Below are positions 9,164 to 17,855 of a DNA stretch of 64,000 nucleotides, piece after piece (position 1 is the stretch's first letter; the number at the start of each line of letters is the position of its first letter). The notes under the pieces are model-generated. The model was not told where the DNA came from. It saw nothing but the letters and a program-made list of their open reading frames with translations, and made no database searches. The stretch is from positions 170,632-234,631 of the IMG/VR virus record IMGVR_UViG_3300029258_003221; one strand, given 5' to 3'. The position numbers and the translations under genes are program-made.

Positions 9164-9750
9164 GCTGCGAAATCCAATGGGAAGTAGTATCGATGACAAG
9201 GATTGCCCCAGTCAAACCTCTGACGAGGGAGTTTGTATTTAGCTTTCAGCTTCCTGAACAACACTTTGTTGGGCGCTGTCCTCATGTTAGACAGATAAAA
9301 CTTCATGCCTTTGTTGCGATAGTATTCCGCAGCATAAAGCAACATCTGTTCCGCCAGTCCCTGACGACGAAATGGCTCATCGACACTGATGAATTCTTCA
9401 AAAGGTTTGTCCACGAAAAAATTCTGGAATGAACGAAAGTCATCTTGATGATGTTTGTTCATGTAAGCTAATGCTTCTTCACGGGACAGTTCCTTCCTGT
9501 GGTTAATCCATCCCCAGTATTCCGGCTTTCCACTTTCAAACTTTTCGACAGCACCACACCAGCCATTGACCTTATCCAAAAAGCTGACAATTCCAAGAGG
9601 ATAAAACTTGGGAATGTTCTCGTGAGGAATGTATGAGCACTTCAGATAGGCAATTTCTTCACCTTCATGGTGAACACTAACCCGATCCACAACCCAACCT
9701 CGATTGGGACGTTCTGTATCAAGTTTTATTGAGAAGTCATACATCAACAT
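9160..9750 (-). CDS. GNAT-family acetyltransferase
   Basis: motif A FISVDEPFRRQGLAEQML; LFRKL helix. Confidence 0.65.
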   Translation of the reverse strand: MLMYDFSIKLDTERPNRGWVVDRVSVHHEGEEIAYLKCSYIPHENIPKFYPLGIVSFLDKVNGWCGAVEKFESGKPEYWGWINHRKELSREEALAYMNKHHQDDFRSFQNFFVDKPFEEFISVDEPFRRQGLAEQMLLYAAEYYRNKGMKFYLSNMRTAPNKVLFRKLKAKYKLPRQRFDWGNPCHRYYFPLDFAA

Positions 9751-10301
9751 TTCCTCAGTGGAAAAAGTGAATAATCAACATCAACCCAAGTGATTTCGAT
9801 ATGAGGCACAAAGAACTCAGTTTCATGAGGGAAGATTTTGATCAATTTTCTCCACAGTGCTTGTGCTTCTGTTGTGGCACTGTGATATGATGTTTTCAGT
9901 TTGCCGTACTTTTTCAGTATGGTGCTGTAAGCCTTTGTTCCAATCCCACGACCAATTAGTCGGGTGTCATAAATGTCTGAGTGAATAAATCCACCACACA
10001 CTTCAAACAGACCAACCACGGATCGAAATCCTTTCGGGCATTTACCATCCTGAAACTGAAGCTGGAAAGACTCTTCATCTTCATGGTCAAGTTGAACCAA
10101 CTCTAACCGTTCCATGAAATCGTCCACCAAAGGCTTATACCTCACCTTTGGTGGACGCAATGAAGTGAAGCGGATTTTTTGACTCTTCAACCATTGACGG
10201 CACTCTGCTTTTGTGAAGAAGTACCTTGGTTGATCTTCAGTGACAAACCAGTCTTTGCCTGATTTGTATGACCAAAGATGTGATTCTCGAAAAGCCTTCA
10301 T
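9744..10301 (-). CDS. GNAT-family acetyltransferase-like protein
   Basis: motif A-like RLIGRGIGTKAY; TTEAQALWRKL. Confidence 0.6.
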   Translation of the reverse strand: MKAFRESHLWSYKSGKDWFVTEDQPRYFFTKAECRQWLKSQKIRFTSLRPPKVRYKPLVDDFMERLELVQLDHEDEESFQLQFQDGKCPKGFRSVVGLFEVCGGFIHSDIYDTRLIGRGIGTKAYSTILKKYGKLKTSYHSATTEAQALWRKLIKIFPHETEFFVPHIEITWVDVDYSLFPLRKC

Positions 10302-10310
10302 GATCCACCT

Positions 10311-10961
10311 TCAACAAAAGTCATTGATGTACTGGCAGATGGTCCATCCTTCAGCGCCTTTCAACGGGAAGTATTCATCGTAGGCATGAGTTTGCGTTCC
10401 GAATCCTTCTTCCCATGTGATGTTGCCGCCATCTTCAATAAACTTTTCAACAGCAGCAACAACCTCTTTAGGAGGCAGGTCTTCATCGGGCCATCTTATA
10501 TCGCCCCACGTATTGTGAAATCCCCAAGATTCGCCCTCTGGACTTTTGAGACAAAACCAATCGGAATTGTCACGCTCCCAGAGATAAGCAGCCTCTTGGT
10601 TTACTGCTTCAACCAAATCCCAGAAGTCTTTGGTTGTCGCATTATCATGTAGGGTGTCACCGGGAACTTCGGCATCCGATCCCTCGACAATTGAGGAAAC
10701 AGAAACACCCACTATTTCTTGTCCAGCGGCACGCATATCATCAAATGACCCAAGTTTCCCAAGATCATCGCAGTACAACCATATCGGATCATCTGCTTTC
10801 GGTCCATCACTGTAACACGGTCGTGCTGGGTGATCTCCCGGAAGGTTCTTGATCAGAAATCCGATACTTGGTCCACAGTCTGTGTATTTGTAGACCGTGC
10901 GGTAAATGTACCAAAGGTTGTCTGCACCAAATTCTTCAGCTAAATCCTGTACAAGTTTCAT
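10311..10961 (-). CDS. hypothetical protein
   Basis: 216-aa ORF with GGAG SD. Confidence 0.8.
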   Translation of the reverse strand: MKLVQDLAEEFGADNLWYIYRTVYKYTDCGPSIGFLIKNLPGDHPARPCYSDGPKADDPIWLYCDDLGKLGSFDDMRAAGQEIVGVSVSSIVEGSDAEVPGDTLHDNATTKDFWDLVEAVNQEAAYLWERDNSDWFCLKSPEGESWGFHNTWGDIRWPDEDLPPKEVVAAVEKFIEDGGNITWEEGFGTQTHAYDEYFPLKGAEGWTICQYINDFC

Positions 10962-10974
10962 GTCTTTTCTCCAA

Positions 10975-11160
10975 TGTTAGGTGTTGAGCCTAACGGTGGA
11001 GAACCGCTATTAACATTAGCAGCGACCCACAAACTGTACCGTGGTCCGTCCTTGCAAGCAGAGGGACTGCAACCATTGATCGGCCTTTATTTGCTCACCG
11101 GACTTTGGACTCTTTCGTTCCGATTTCCAGTGAATCCCCACCGATTCGGCAGGGACGGGA
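10975..11160 (-). ncRNA. candidate structured leader RNA
   Basis: long-range stem CCGTCCCTGC/GCAAGGACGG; hairpins GAATC/GATTC, GCAG/CTGC, GCTA/TAGC and GTTAGG/CCTAAC just before the SD. Confidence 0.5.
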
Positions 11161-11163
11161 AGA

Positions 11164-11190
11164 CTAGCGAGTGCGAGTGATCATAGTCAT
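11164..11190 (-). CDS. candidate leader peptide MTMITRTR
   Basis: AGGAG SD, 7-nt spacer, ATG, 8 codons, TAG, directly upstream of the structured region. Confidence 0.5.
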   Translation of the reverse strand: MTMITRTR

Positions 11191-11254
11191 GGCATGTCTC
11201 CTATGGGTTTGAGTTTGGAAGTTGATCAATATCTGGTTTGTTGTTGGGTGTCGC

Positions 11255-11443
11255 TTATTGCACTTTTCTGGCAATAGAAACAGCTACTTGTCGATTGGCC
11301 TCGGCAAGATTGTTCAATGATTCACTTATTTGCGAACCAGCCACAAGTAATGCTGCCGCTATGATCCTTGAATCTGATGACGCTATCGAAATTTTTTCAG
11401 AGACATGCTGATATGCCTCATCGAAATCATCTTTTTTAATCAC
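11255..11443 (-). CDS. hypothetical protein
   Basis: GGAGG SD + GTG start at 11443. Confidence 0.65.
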   Translation of the reverse strand: MIKKDDFDEAYQHVSEKISIASSDSRIIAAALLVAGSQISESLNNLAEANRQVAVSIARKVQ

Positions 11444-11930
11444 TATCAACCTCCCCTTCGATCTCTGGAACACCAACAAGCAACTCCCTGATTTGTTCCT
11501 GAGAGACTTTGATGTCAATTACCTTGAAAACCCCTTCCCCTTCCAGCTTTTCCTTTTCTTGTTTTTGCTTTTCAATGAACCACTCGGGACTTTCTTCATT
11601 AGTGTATTCATCAACGACAGCAAGTGCTTCAGGAGCATATTCGCCATCGTATGATTCATTGCGTTGGAAAAACAGAACGTGGAGTTTCATTGTTGGTTCC
11701 TCGTCTTCTTCGATAGGCGTTAGAAACGGGTCTTCTGTGTAAGCATGTTGCTCTCCCTCATCCAACAATGCTATCATGCCAACCATAAGAGCATGAAGAG
11801 CATGATGCTCTGGCTCCCTTTGTTTCCTAGTGAGTTGATCAAAAACCTCTTTCATTTGCACCAAATGATCATGGGCATCATGTTGGGTTTTGACGTACCC
11901 CATTGGAGTTTTAAGAAGTCTTGATTTCAC
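11436..11930 (-). CDS. hypothetical protein
   Basis: 164-aa ORF. Confidence 0.75.
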   Translation of the reverse strand: MKSRLLKTPMGYVKTQHDAHDHLVQMKEVFDQLTRKQREPEHHALHALMVGMIALLDEGEQHAYTEDPFLTPIEEDEEPTMKLHVLFFQRNESYDGEYAPEALAVVDEYTNEESPEWFIEKQKQEKEKLEGEGVFKVIDIKVSQEQIRELLVGVPEIEGEVDSD

Positions 11931-12349
11931 ACCATGACTCCACTTGGGATGTATCTGTCACAAACATCAGAAAGCATTGATGCCCAGCGTGCAGCCTCCA
12001 TCTCATCTGCACGTTCATTTGCGTTTTGACGTTGCAGGATTTTAAGCTGCACTTCCTCAAGTTCACGTCTGCGTTCTGAATCCGAAACAGCAAACTTTGA
12101 TTGATCTCTTGAGATCTCAAGCTGTACACGTTCCTGATCTTCTCTGAGTTGCTGAAGGGTGTCTATTTGTTTAAGACGCCTTTGAACCAGCTCATTTAAC
12201 TCAGATTGAATCTGTTGACAGGCATCATGCCAATGTCCTGCCTCACGAACAAGTCGAAGATTTGCTCGAATGTATTTGACCTGTGGATAGAAGGTCAAAT
12301 TTTCAAAAGCTATCCGATCCTGTTCGTCTTCCAGTTCTTCTTCTGTCAT
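11927..12349 (-). CDS. coiled-coil protein
   Basis: heptad-rich Q/E/L/R sequence. Confidence 0.7.
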   Translation of the reverse strand: MTEEELEDEQDRIAFENLTFYPQVKYIRANLRLVREAGHWHDACQQIQSELNELVQRRLKQIDTLQQLREDQERVQLEISRDQSKFAVSDSERRRELEEVQLKILQRQNANERADEMEAARWASMLSDVCDRYIPSGVMV

Positions 12350-13488
12350 CAATCAACTCCATCAACACTCACGCTACGAAGTGCAGTATTTTTGTGCAAA
12401 GCATACCAACCTTCAGGCTTCACGGTTGCATGATCATCGTGTTCCATCCTTGGATCGTGACAATAAATCGTGCCTTCATGAACCATGCCTTCGCCGAAAA
12501 GATAATGCCTGTTCGCATTTTCATCATCAATTGGCATAATGATGCTTTCTTCAAATAGAGCATCGCAACCAACTTCAGATGGCAAATTCTTTCTGGAAAC
12601 AGGAACAAAGAACCATTCACCTTGCCTCAGAACATTTCCTTTACGTGCTTCCGGTGGTTTCAAACACTCATAGGCATCTTCAACAGATGTAACTCGCTCA
12701 GGCAGAACACAACCGAAGTAAGTCCCTTCGTCCTGACCAATCAAATAAGTTTCGTCATTTTTGTTATTGTAAAGAACGACTGTTGCTGAACAGTGCCAAC
12801 AGTGACTAAGCAATGTAAAGCCCTGTTTAGGTGGCTTTAATTTGTATTCTGGCTTACCTGCTTTTAGATGTTCCTTGTCAGATTTACGGAGGTCAATTCT
12901 CTGATCAGGGATGTATGCAAGAATTGTCAATTCCATTGACCGCAACATCTTAACAACATCTTCAACATGGGCACCTGTCAGTTCGGAAAGACAACGAAAA
13001 CTAACAGTGGGCATAGCTTCCAATCCACTGTCTTCGGCAATGGGGTACTTACAGGAATTCTCTTCCATAGCCCCATCCCAACCTTCTTCTTCAGCGTCCC
13101 CATTGAGAACAACAACATGCTTGTGTTTCTTGTTGAATTTATTGACGGGGTATTCTTTGAGCAAAACAGCACTCGGGACTTGATCAAAAGACAATTCAAA
13201 GTCGCCATATTCAAATCCATAGAAAGCCCCATCGTACAATGCAACCAAATAATTGTCAGTAAGGTAAACAGGATAAACTGGTCCTTTTTGTTCTCGGTAG
13301 GGCCTCATTGCTAAATTGGTTGAAATATCTTCCAGCAGAAATCGCCCAAGATTCGTTCTCTTGTAAAGTTCCCTTCTCATGTCATCTGTGATATTACGAT
13401 AAACAAGCATCATCCCTTTATCACTGAGAACAAAAGGGTTTGATGTGAAAATGTCATGTTGTTTTTCGGCTTTTGTCAGACGTGGCAT
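12349..13488 (-). CDS. hypothetical protein with C-terminal RQGE domain
   Basis: 379-aa ORF; C-terminus homologous to 2005..2562. Confidence 0.8.
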   Translation of the reverse strand: MPRLTKAEKQHDIFTSNPFVLSDKGMMLVYRNITDDMRRELYKRTNLGRFLLEDISTNLAMRPYREQKGPVYPVYLTDNYLVALYDGAFYGFEYGDFELSFDQVPSAVLLKEYPVNKFNKKHKHVVVLNGDAEEEGWDGAMEENSCKYPIAEDSGLEAMPTVSFRCLSELTGAHVEDVVKMLRSMELTILAYIPDQRIDLRKSDKEHLKAGKPEYKLKPPKQGFTLLSHCWHCSATVVLYNNKNDETYLIGQDEGTYFGCVLPERVTSVEDAYECLKPPEARKGNVLRQGEWFFVPVSRKNLPSEVGCDALFEESIIMPIDDENANRHYLFGEGMVHEGTIYCHDPRMEHDDHATVKPEGWYALHKNTALRSVSVDGVD

Positions 13489-13499
13489 GATGAATGTCC

Positions 13500-14168
13500 T
13501 TAAAGTTGAATGTTTTTTGAATTTCCAATGAGTTCAAACGGCATAACCACGTTATCCGTCCACCCTTTGAGTTCACGCTCGGTGTCCAATAACAATTGGT
13601 CAAAAGAATAAGCTTCAAACCTCAGAGTTTTTTCTCCTATGAAACTCTGTCCGCTGTTATTTTTTGTGCATTTTATAGACGTGCCTCTTCCCCCGCTTCC
13701 GGGAAAGATAAGAAGACTGGACTCATAGAAGTCATATCGTTCACCGACCTTTGATTTCCAAAAGACAGTAACTCCTCTGTCAGTGACATAATCATCAATT
13801 CGTTGATCAGGCACAAATTGAACAAACGCATCCGAATAAAAAATGAACCATCCATGTTCAACAAAAATGTCGAATGAATTTCCTCTGACAATCAAGCTGT
13901 CAATGCCTCTGGACTCATCCCCATATTCACCAGTGAGATAATGAGTTTCAATTTTCCCATAGACATCTTTGTATGCACGACCACCGGCTTTTACATCATC
14001 TTCAAGAATGCGTAACGCTTCCTCAAAGTTAATGGATTCCCCATAGTATTTTTCTGATTCTCCCTCTTTCTCCAAAGAAAGGACACGAAGACCTCCACCA
14101 GAGCGGAATCCGTGCAACTTAAAGCCATCAAAGAGAGCGACTTGAATTGATTCACGCTTCGATTGCAT
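13500..14168 (-). CDS. hypothetical protein
   Basis: start set at ATG 14168 (MQSKRE...). Confidence 0.75.
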   Translation of the reverse strand: MQSKRESIQVALFDGFKLHGFRSGGGLRVLSLEKEGESEKYYGESINFEEALRILEDDVKAGGRAYKDVYGKIETHYLTGEYGDESRGIDSLIVRGNSFDIFVEHGWFIFYSDAFVQFVPDQRIDDYVTDRGVTVFWKSKVGERYDFYESSLLIFPGSGGRGTSIKCTKNNSGQSFIGEKTLRFEAYSFDQLLLDTERELKGWTDNVVMPFELIGNSKNIQL

Positions 14169-14580
14169 CAAGTTCAAAATCCTCCAGAACGTGTTCATCC
14201 ACAGCATCAGTGCGGATTTGTCCATTTGGGAACACGTTCAAAATGTAGAAGGTGTCTTCTTTGTGCAATTCTGATTGCATTAGATATGCCACCTGCTTGA
14301 CTGCATCTTCGTAGGAAAGGTGAGGGTATTCAGTGTCACCATCAATGCCCCACTGCATCAACTCACCAGAGCCACAGGCAGCAGCAACCCAAAATCCAAC
14401 CTGACCACAATCAGTCTGGTCAAGACAATCTTCTTCAAGATTGTGAGCAAAGACTTCTTCACAGTGGCCTTGATCTTCCCTGATCTCAATACAGGGAGCA
14501 ACTGTACTAAACTGAATGCCTTCGTCAACATCAATGTATGCCAAAAGGTGACCTGTATTGGTGCAAATCTTGAGTTTCAT
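14152..14580 (-). CDS. hypothetical protein
   Basis: 142-aa ORF. Confidence 0.75.
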   Translation of the reverse strand: MKLKICTNTGHLLAYIDVDEGIQFSTVAPCIEIREDQGHCEEVFAHNLEEDCLDQTDCGQVGFWVAAACGSGELMQWGIDGDTEYPHLSYEDAVKQVAYLMQSELHKEDTFYILNVFPNGQIRTDAVDEHVLEDFELDAIEA

Positions 14581-14852
14581 GCTACTGCCTTTTTGGTCAA
14601 AAGTTCAGCCACACCATAAGCGTATTTTGAAGTGTAATCAACGTGGCCTGATGAAGTGGTTTCAATGCGAAACAAATCTTCGACAGATGGGGGTTTCACC
14701 CCATTTTGTTCTGCCCATTTAATCGCAGCTTGATGAATGGCGTTTCTTTCATTTTCAATCCATTCATCGGACTCACATACTGAACGATACTCCTGTTCCG
14801 CAACAAGAGCATCGTACAAAGTCCGTGCTGGTTCAAAATGAGGACGGAACAT
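14577..14852 (-). CDS. hypothetical protein
   Basis: start set at ATG 14852 (MFRPHF...). Confidence 0.7.
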   Translation of the reverse strand: MFRPHFEPARTLYDALVAEQEYRSVCESDEWIENERNAIHQAAIKWAEQNGVKPPSVEDLFRIETTSSGHVDYTSKYAYGVAELLTKKAVA

Positions 14853-14862
14853 AGTTTTTCTT

Positions 14863-15237
14863 TCAGGCAACTTTGTCGTAAACGGCATCCAAAGCAGTTT
14901 CGATAGCCTCTTCGACAACCAGTTTGATATGACCTTCAACGGGTGTCCCCTTTTGTTCAAAAGCATTTACTAAAGCAAGAGTGAAACTCTCAATGGTGTT
15001 GAGAGCCGTGTTGTATTCAGCACGGGCGATAATTTCATCTTCAGATTCACTTGCTGAAGGATTGTATGCGTCGTGGGTATATTCAGCTTTTGATCCATCA
15101 CAACTGTAAAAACAATTTGATGTATCACAATGAGGGCAAACTTCACGATCCAAATCACTGACGATGGAACCGCCACCTTCGCCATCAGTGTCAATTGTCA
15201 GAGTCATGCCATGGCAGGAAAGGTTAATGATCTTCAT
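14863..15237 (-). CDS. hypothetical protein (CPHC..CFYSC zinc-binding-like)
   Basis: 124-aa ORF with GGAG SD. Confidence 0.75.
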   Translation of the reverse strand: MKIINLSCHGMTLTIDTDGEGGGSIVSDLDREVCPHCDTSNCFYSCDGSKAEYTHDAYNPSASESEDEIIARAEYNTALNTIESFTLALVNAFEQKGTPVEGHIKLVVEEAIETALDAVYDKVA

Positions 15238-15288
15238 GTTGTACTCCTTGTGAGAATTAAGTCATCAAGATCCATTAAATGGGTGTCT

Positions 15289-15729
15289 TCAAGCGTTGTT
15301 CACAATGTCGAGCAGCGGATTCTTCAACGGTTCAATTTCACGAACATCCTTCAGGTAATCCAACCACTCTGGTCGGTCATGGTTTCGGACATTCAGTTTG
15401 TTGTCTACCCATTTGGCAGCATCTTCCAATACCTGTTCTTTTGTGTCTACGAGATTCCATCCGGTGTCATGAATGAGACAATTGCTTTTGAAACGCCAAC
15501 CCCAACAGGTTTTGCGTTCTACGACCTGCGGGACAGAATCCCCAATGGATCGCTTGGGCAACTTAAAGTCAATTTGACAAACTTCGTCGCCAGCAGCGAT
15601 GACAATAAATGCTGGTTCAATGTGAATCCCAACTTGACTCTTTCGCTCATCGCTCATGTCAGCATCGACATAACCCCAGCGAACCCATTCACCATGTTTG
15701 ATCTGGATGTGCCAACCGTCTTCATTCAT
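15289..15729 (-). CDS. hypothetical protein
   Basis: 146-aa ORF. Confidence 0.75.
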   Translation of the reverse strand: MNEDGWHIQIKHGEWVRWGYVDADMSDERKSQVGIHIEPAFIVIAAGDEVCQIDFKLPKRSIGDSVPQVVERKTCWGWRFKSNCLIHDTGWNLVDTKEQVLEDAAKWVDNKLNVRNHDRPEWLDYLKDVREIEPLKNPLLDIVNNA

Positions 15730-15793
15730 GGTTTTTCCACGTTTCCTCGTCGAAAGATTGCATCAACTTTTTCATCATCGACGAAAGTTTTGG

Positions 15794-15952
15794 TCACTGA
15801 AATGCCACGTTGTTTTCGGTATTCCTGAATGTCAAGAACAGCCTGTCGCCAACGTGGATAAAGTGGATCGGGGCGGCATAGCCTATCTTGAGCATCGTGC
15901 CAATAAACGCTGTTGCATTGGCACAGGCTGAAATGAATGTTCTTCGTTTCAT
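15794..15952 (-). CDS. small ORF with twin-arginine-like N-terminus
   Basis: ATGA overlap; MKRRTFISACANATAFIGTMLKIGYAAP..., 52 aa; a competing open frame lacks a start. Confidence 0.35.
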   Translation of the reverse strand: MKRRTFISACANATAFIGTMLKIGYAAPIHFIHVGDRLFLTFRNTENNVAFQ

Positions 15953-16230
15953 GTCACGATTTCCTTAACTTGTTCCCAGTTGTATGGGGAGTCGCCAATA
16001 AAAATTGTCAATTCATCTTCCTGAATTTGACACAAAAGATTGTCAAGAACGATGTTATTACGACGATCTTCCATGATCAACCGAAGAACATCAAGATCAT
16101 CATCTGGAATTGAATCCCAGAGATTTCCATAGGCTGATCCGTAGTCATCGTAAATCCGATAACCAAAGGAAACATGCCCTGTTCTCACGTCTTCAAATTT
16201 AGTTGGCTCAATGCAAAGTCGGTTACTCAT
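15949..16230 (-). CDS. hypothetical protein
   Basis: 93-aa ORF. Confidence 0.75.
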   Translation of the reverse strand: MSNRLCIEPTKFEDVRTGHVSFGYRIYDDYGSAYGNLWDSIPDDDLDVLRLIMEDRRNNIVLDNLLCQIQEDELTIFIGDSPYNWEQVKEIVT

Positions 16231-16246
16231 TCAGATAGCTCCTGAT

Positions 16247-16519
16247 TTAGATTTTAGGCGAACGAGTTGTTACAGGAACACCTTTGAATTTCTTCTCAGT
16301 GTTCTTTGGAAGAATACCTGAAGTGATCAACTGATCTTCAATGTCTTCAAGCATGGAATCTATTTGATCGTCCATGTCGTTGTAGAAGAGAACACCACTC
16401 TCAATAACATCATGATTCAGATTGCCATGAATCTCTTCAATTTGATCTTGCGAGAGATTTAAACCATGTGCATCAGTGACAATCTGAATATCATCGATTG
16501 TAGTTTCCCAAGCTGACAT
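16247..16519 (-). CDS. hypothetical protein
   Basis: 90-aa ORF with AGGAG SD. Confidence 0.75.
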   Translation of the reverse strand: MSAWETTIDDIQIVTDAHGLNLSQDQIEEIHGNLNHDVIESGVLFYNDMDDQIDSMLEDIEDQLITSGILPKNTEKKFKGVPVTTRSPKI

Positions 16520-16537
16520 AAATTTCTCCTATTCTGA

Positions 16538-16693
16538 TTATCTGATCCCATCAAGCTTTTCTTGAAGAATGATTCTTTCTTTTTCGTATTCACCAATAGT
16601 CGCTTTATGTGATTGAGTTTTCACAAACAGCAACACAATGATTACAGCCAGCACAAGGATGAACAGGACATTTGATTTCAGCCAATTCCACAT
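16538..16693 (-). CDS. small single-pass membrane protein (below ORF-track cutoff)
   Basis: AGGAG SD; MWNWLKSNVLFILVLAVIIVLLFVK..., 51 aa. Confidence 0.75.
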   Translation of the reverse strand: MWNWLKSNVLFILVLAVIIVLLFVKTQSHKATIGEYEKERIILQEKLDGIR

Positions 16694-16702
16694 TGTTTTC
16701 TC

Positions 16703-16966
16703 CTATGCAACTGCGAGTTTTCTTACAAACTCTTCACGGGTGTCCCCAACTGTTTCCCAAAAAGACCGACCTTCAAATGAATCAAGTCTTTCTTTGACAC
16801 TGACGTTCTCAACATCAGACATCTTCAACCAACGACCGACAACATTTGCGTGTTCTTCAGATCGTGTCACAACACAAACAAAACGATCATTTGTGATATT
16901 GACAGCAACAACTGGAACACAGTTATCCAGCAAACATTTAAGTTTCAGCTCTGCAACCTGTGGCAT
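16703..16966 (-). CDS. hypothetical protein
   Basis: 87-aa ORF. Confidence 0.7.
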   Translation of the reverse strand: MPQVAELKLKCLLDNCVPVVAVNITNDRFVCVVTRSEEHANVVGRWLKMSDVENVSVKERLDSFEGRSFWETVGDTREEFVRKLAVA

Positions 16967-17009
16967 CTTGCCTTCTTTCAGTTAAAGTTTCCAAAACAAA
17001 AGGAATAGA

Positions 17010-17108
17010 CAACCGATGGCTTTGTTCTACCCGCTACGGCAGTTTTAACTATCTGGACTAGCCCTTTAGCATCAGGCACTGCTTACTTCATCCAGTTTTG
17101 CACGGTTG
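17010..17108 (-). ncRNA. candidate three-way-junction RNA
   Basis: P1 CAACCG/CGGTTG, P2 CTGGA/TCCAG, P3 CTGCC/GGTAG with A-rich joiners. Confidence 0.45.
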
Positions 17109-17117
17109 CTGATTCCA

Positions 17118-17855
17118 TTACGATTCTTCATCAGGTGTCTCATTTGGACCTTCCAGCTTCCCCTGATCATCGACATGAGGAAGCAGGAATTGCTCCAACT
17201 GATCTTTCAGGGCCTCAAGACCGAGTGCTTCAACCTTGCTGGTAAAGAACCCTTCAACCTCACCTTTTGCTTCAGTTACAGTTCGATCAATCGCCTCATT
17301 GAACTGACTCTGAATGAAAGGAACAGTTGATCGCAGCTTAGAGACAACAGCACCAACCATTCTGCGAAGTTCTTCTTTGTCTGCCTTCTTGATGGTGCCT
17401 TTTCGCTCCAGCAATTCAGCAATCTGAACCTCAAGTTCCATGGCCTGTTGTGTTGCTTCCTTAACGGTTGCGTCAAACTCGTCCTCGAATTTCTTACGCT
17501 GATTGGTGTCAGGACAATCATCAATCTTTTCACCATTCAGCCGATGAATGGTGCAGGGGATTCCATCTCCCATGTTGGGAGAGGTAATCAGGTCAATCAA
17601 CTGAGTGCCACTGATCAGCACTTCAATGTGAGGGTTCCGTTCGCCATAGTACCTGTCACTATTGAGATTTCGATACTTTGATGCAGGACGAATGGTCAGG
17701 CTGAAGACATTGGAGTGAGGAATAGACGATCCGAAAAGAATCGTTCCACCGGGATGAGTCTGGCGATTCAGACCGATCATCCCATAACATGGATGAGTCT
17801 CTTTAACACCCAACACATCAGCGTCTTCCTGAACCGGATCAATCTTGTTCGCCAT
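17118..17855 (-). CDS. conserved large-phage hypothetical protein
   Basis: HPCYGMIG...LFGSSIPH...NMGDGIPCTI motif pattern; C-terminal coiled coil. Confidence 0.8.
   Translation of the reverse strand: MANKIDPVQEDADVLGVKETHPCYGMIGLNRQTHPGGTILFGSSIPHSNVFSLTIRPASKYRNLNSDRYYGERNPHIEVLISGTQLIDLITSPNMGDGIPCTIHRLNGEKIDDCPDTNQRKKFEDEFDATVKEATQQAMELEVQIAELLERKGTIKKADKEELRRMVGAVVSKLRSTVPFIQSQFNEAIDRTVTEAKGEVEGFFTSKVEALGLEALKDQLEQFLLPHVDDQGKLEGPNETPDEES

Noticed and set aside
10975-11160. RNase P RNA, c-di-AMP riboswitch or group I intron
   Set aside because: Only isolated fragments match (AAAGUCCGG, GCCGAAUC); the full conserved cores are missing.
17010-17108. c-di-GMP-I (GEMM) riboswitch or hammerhead
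   Set aside because: GCAAAACUG...CAGUG and GCUAAAGGG resemble GEMM, but GACGCAAA and the GNRA/receptor are missing; CUGAUG lacks the hammerhead A and GAAA partner.
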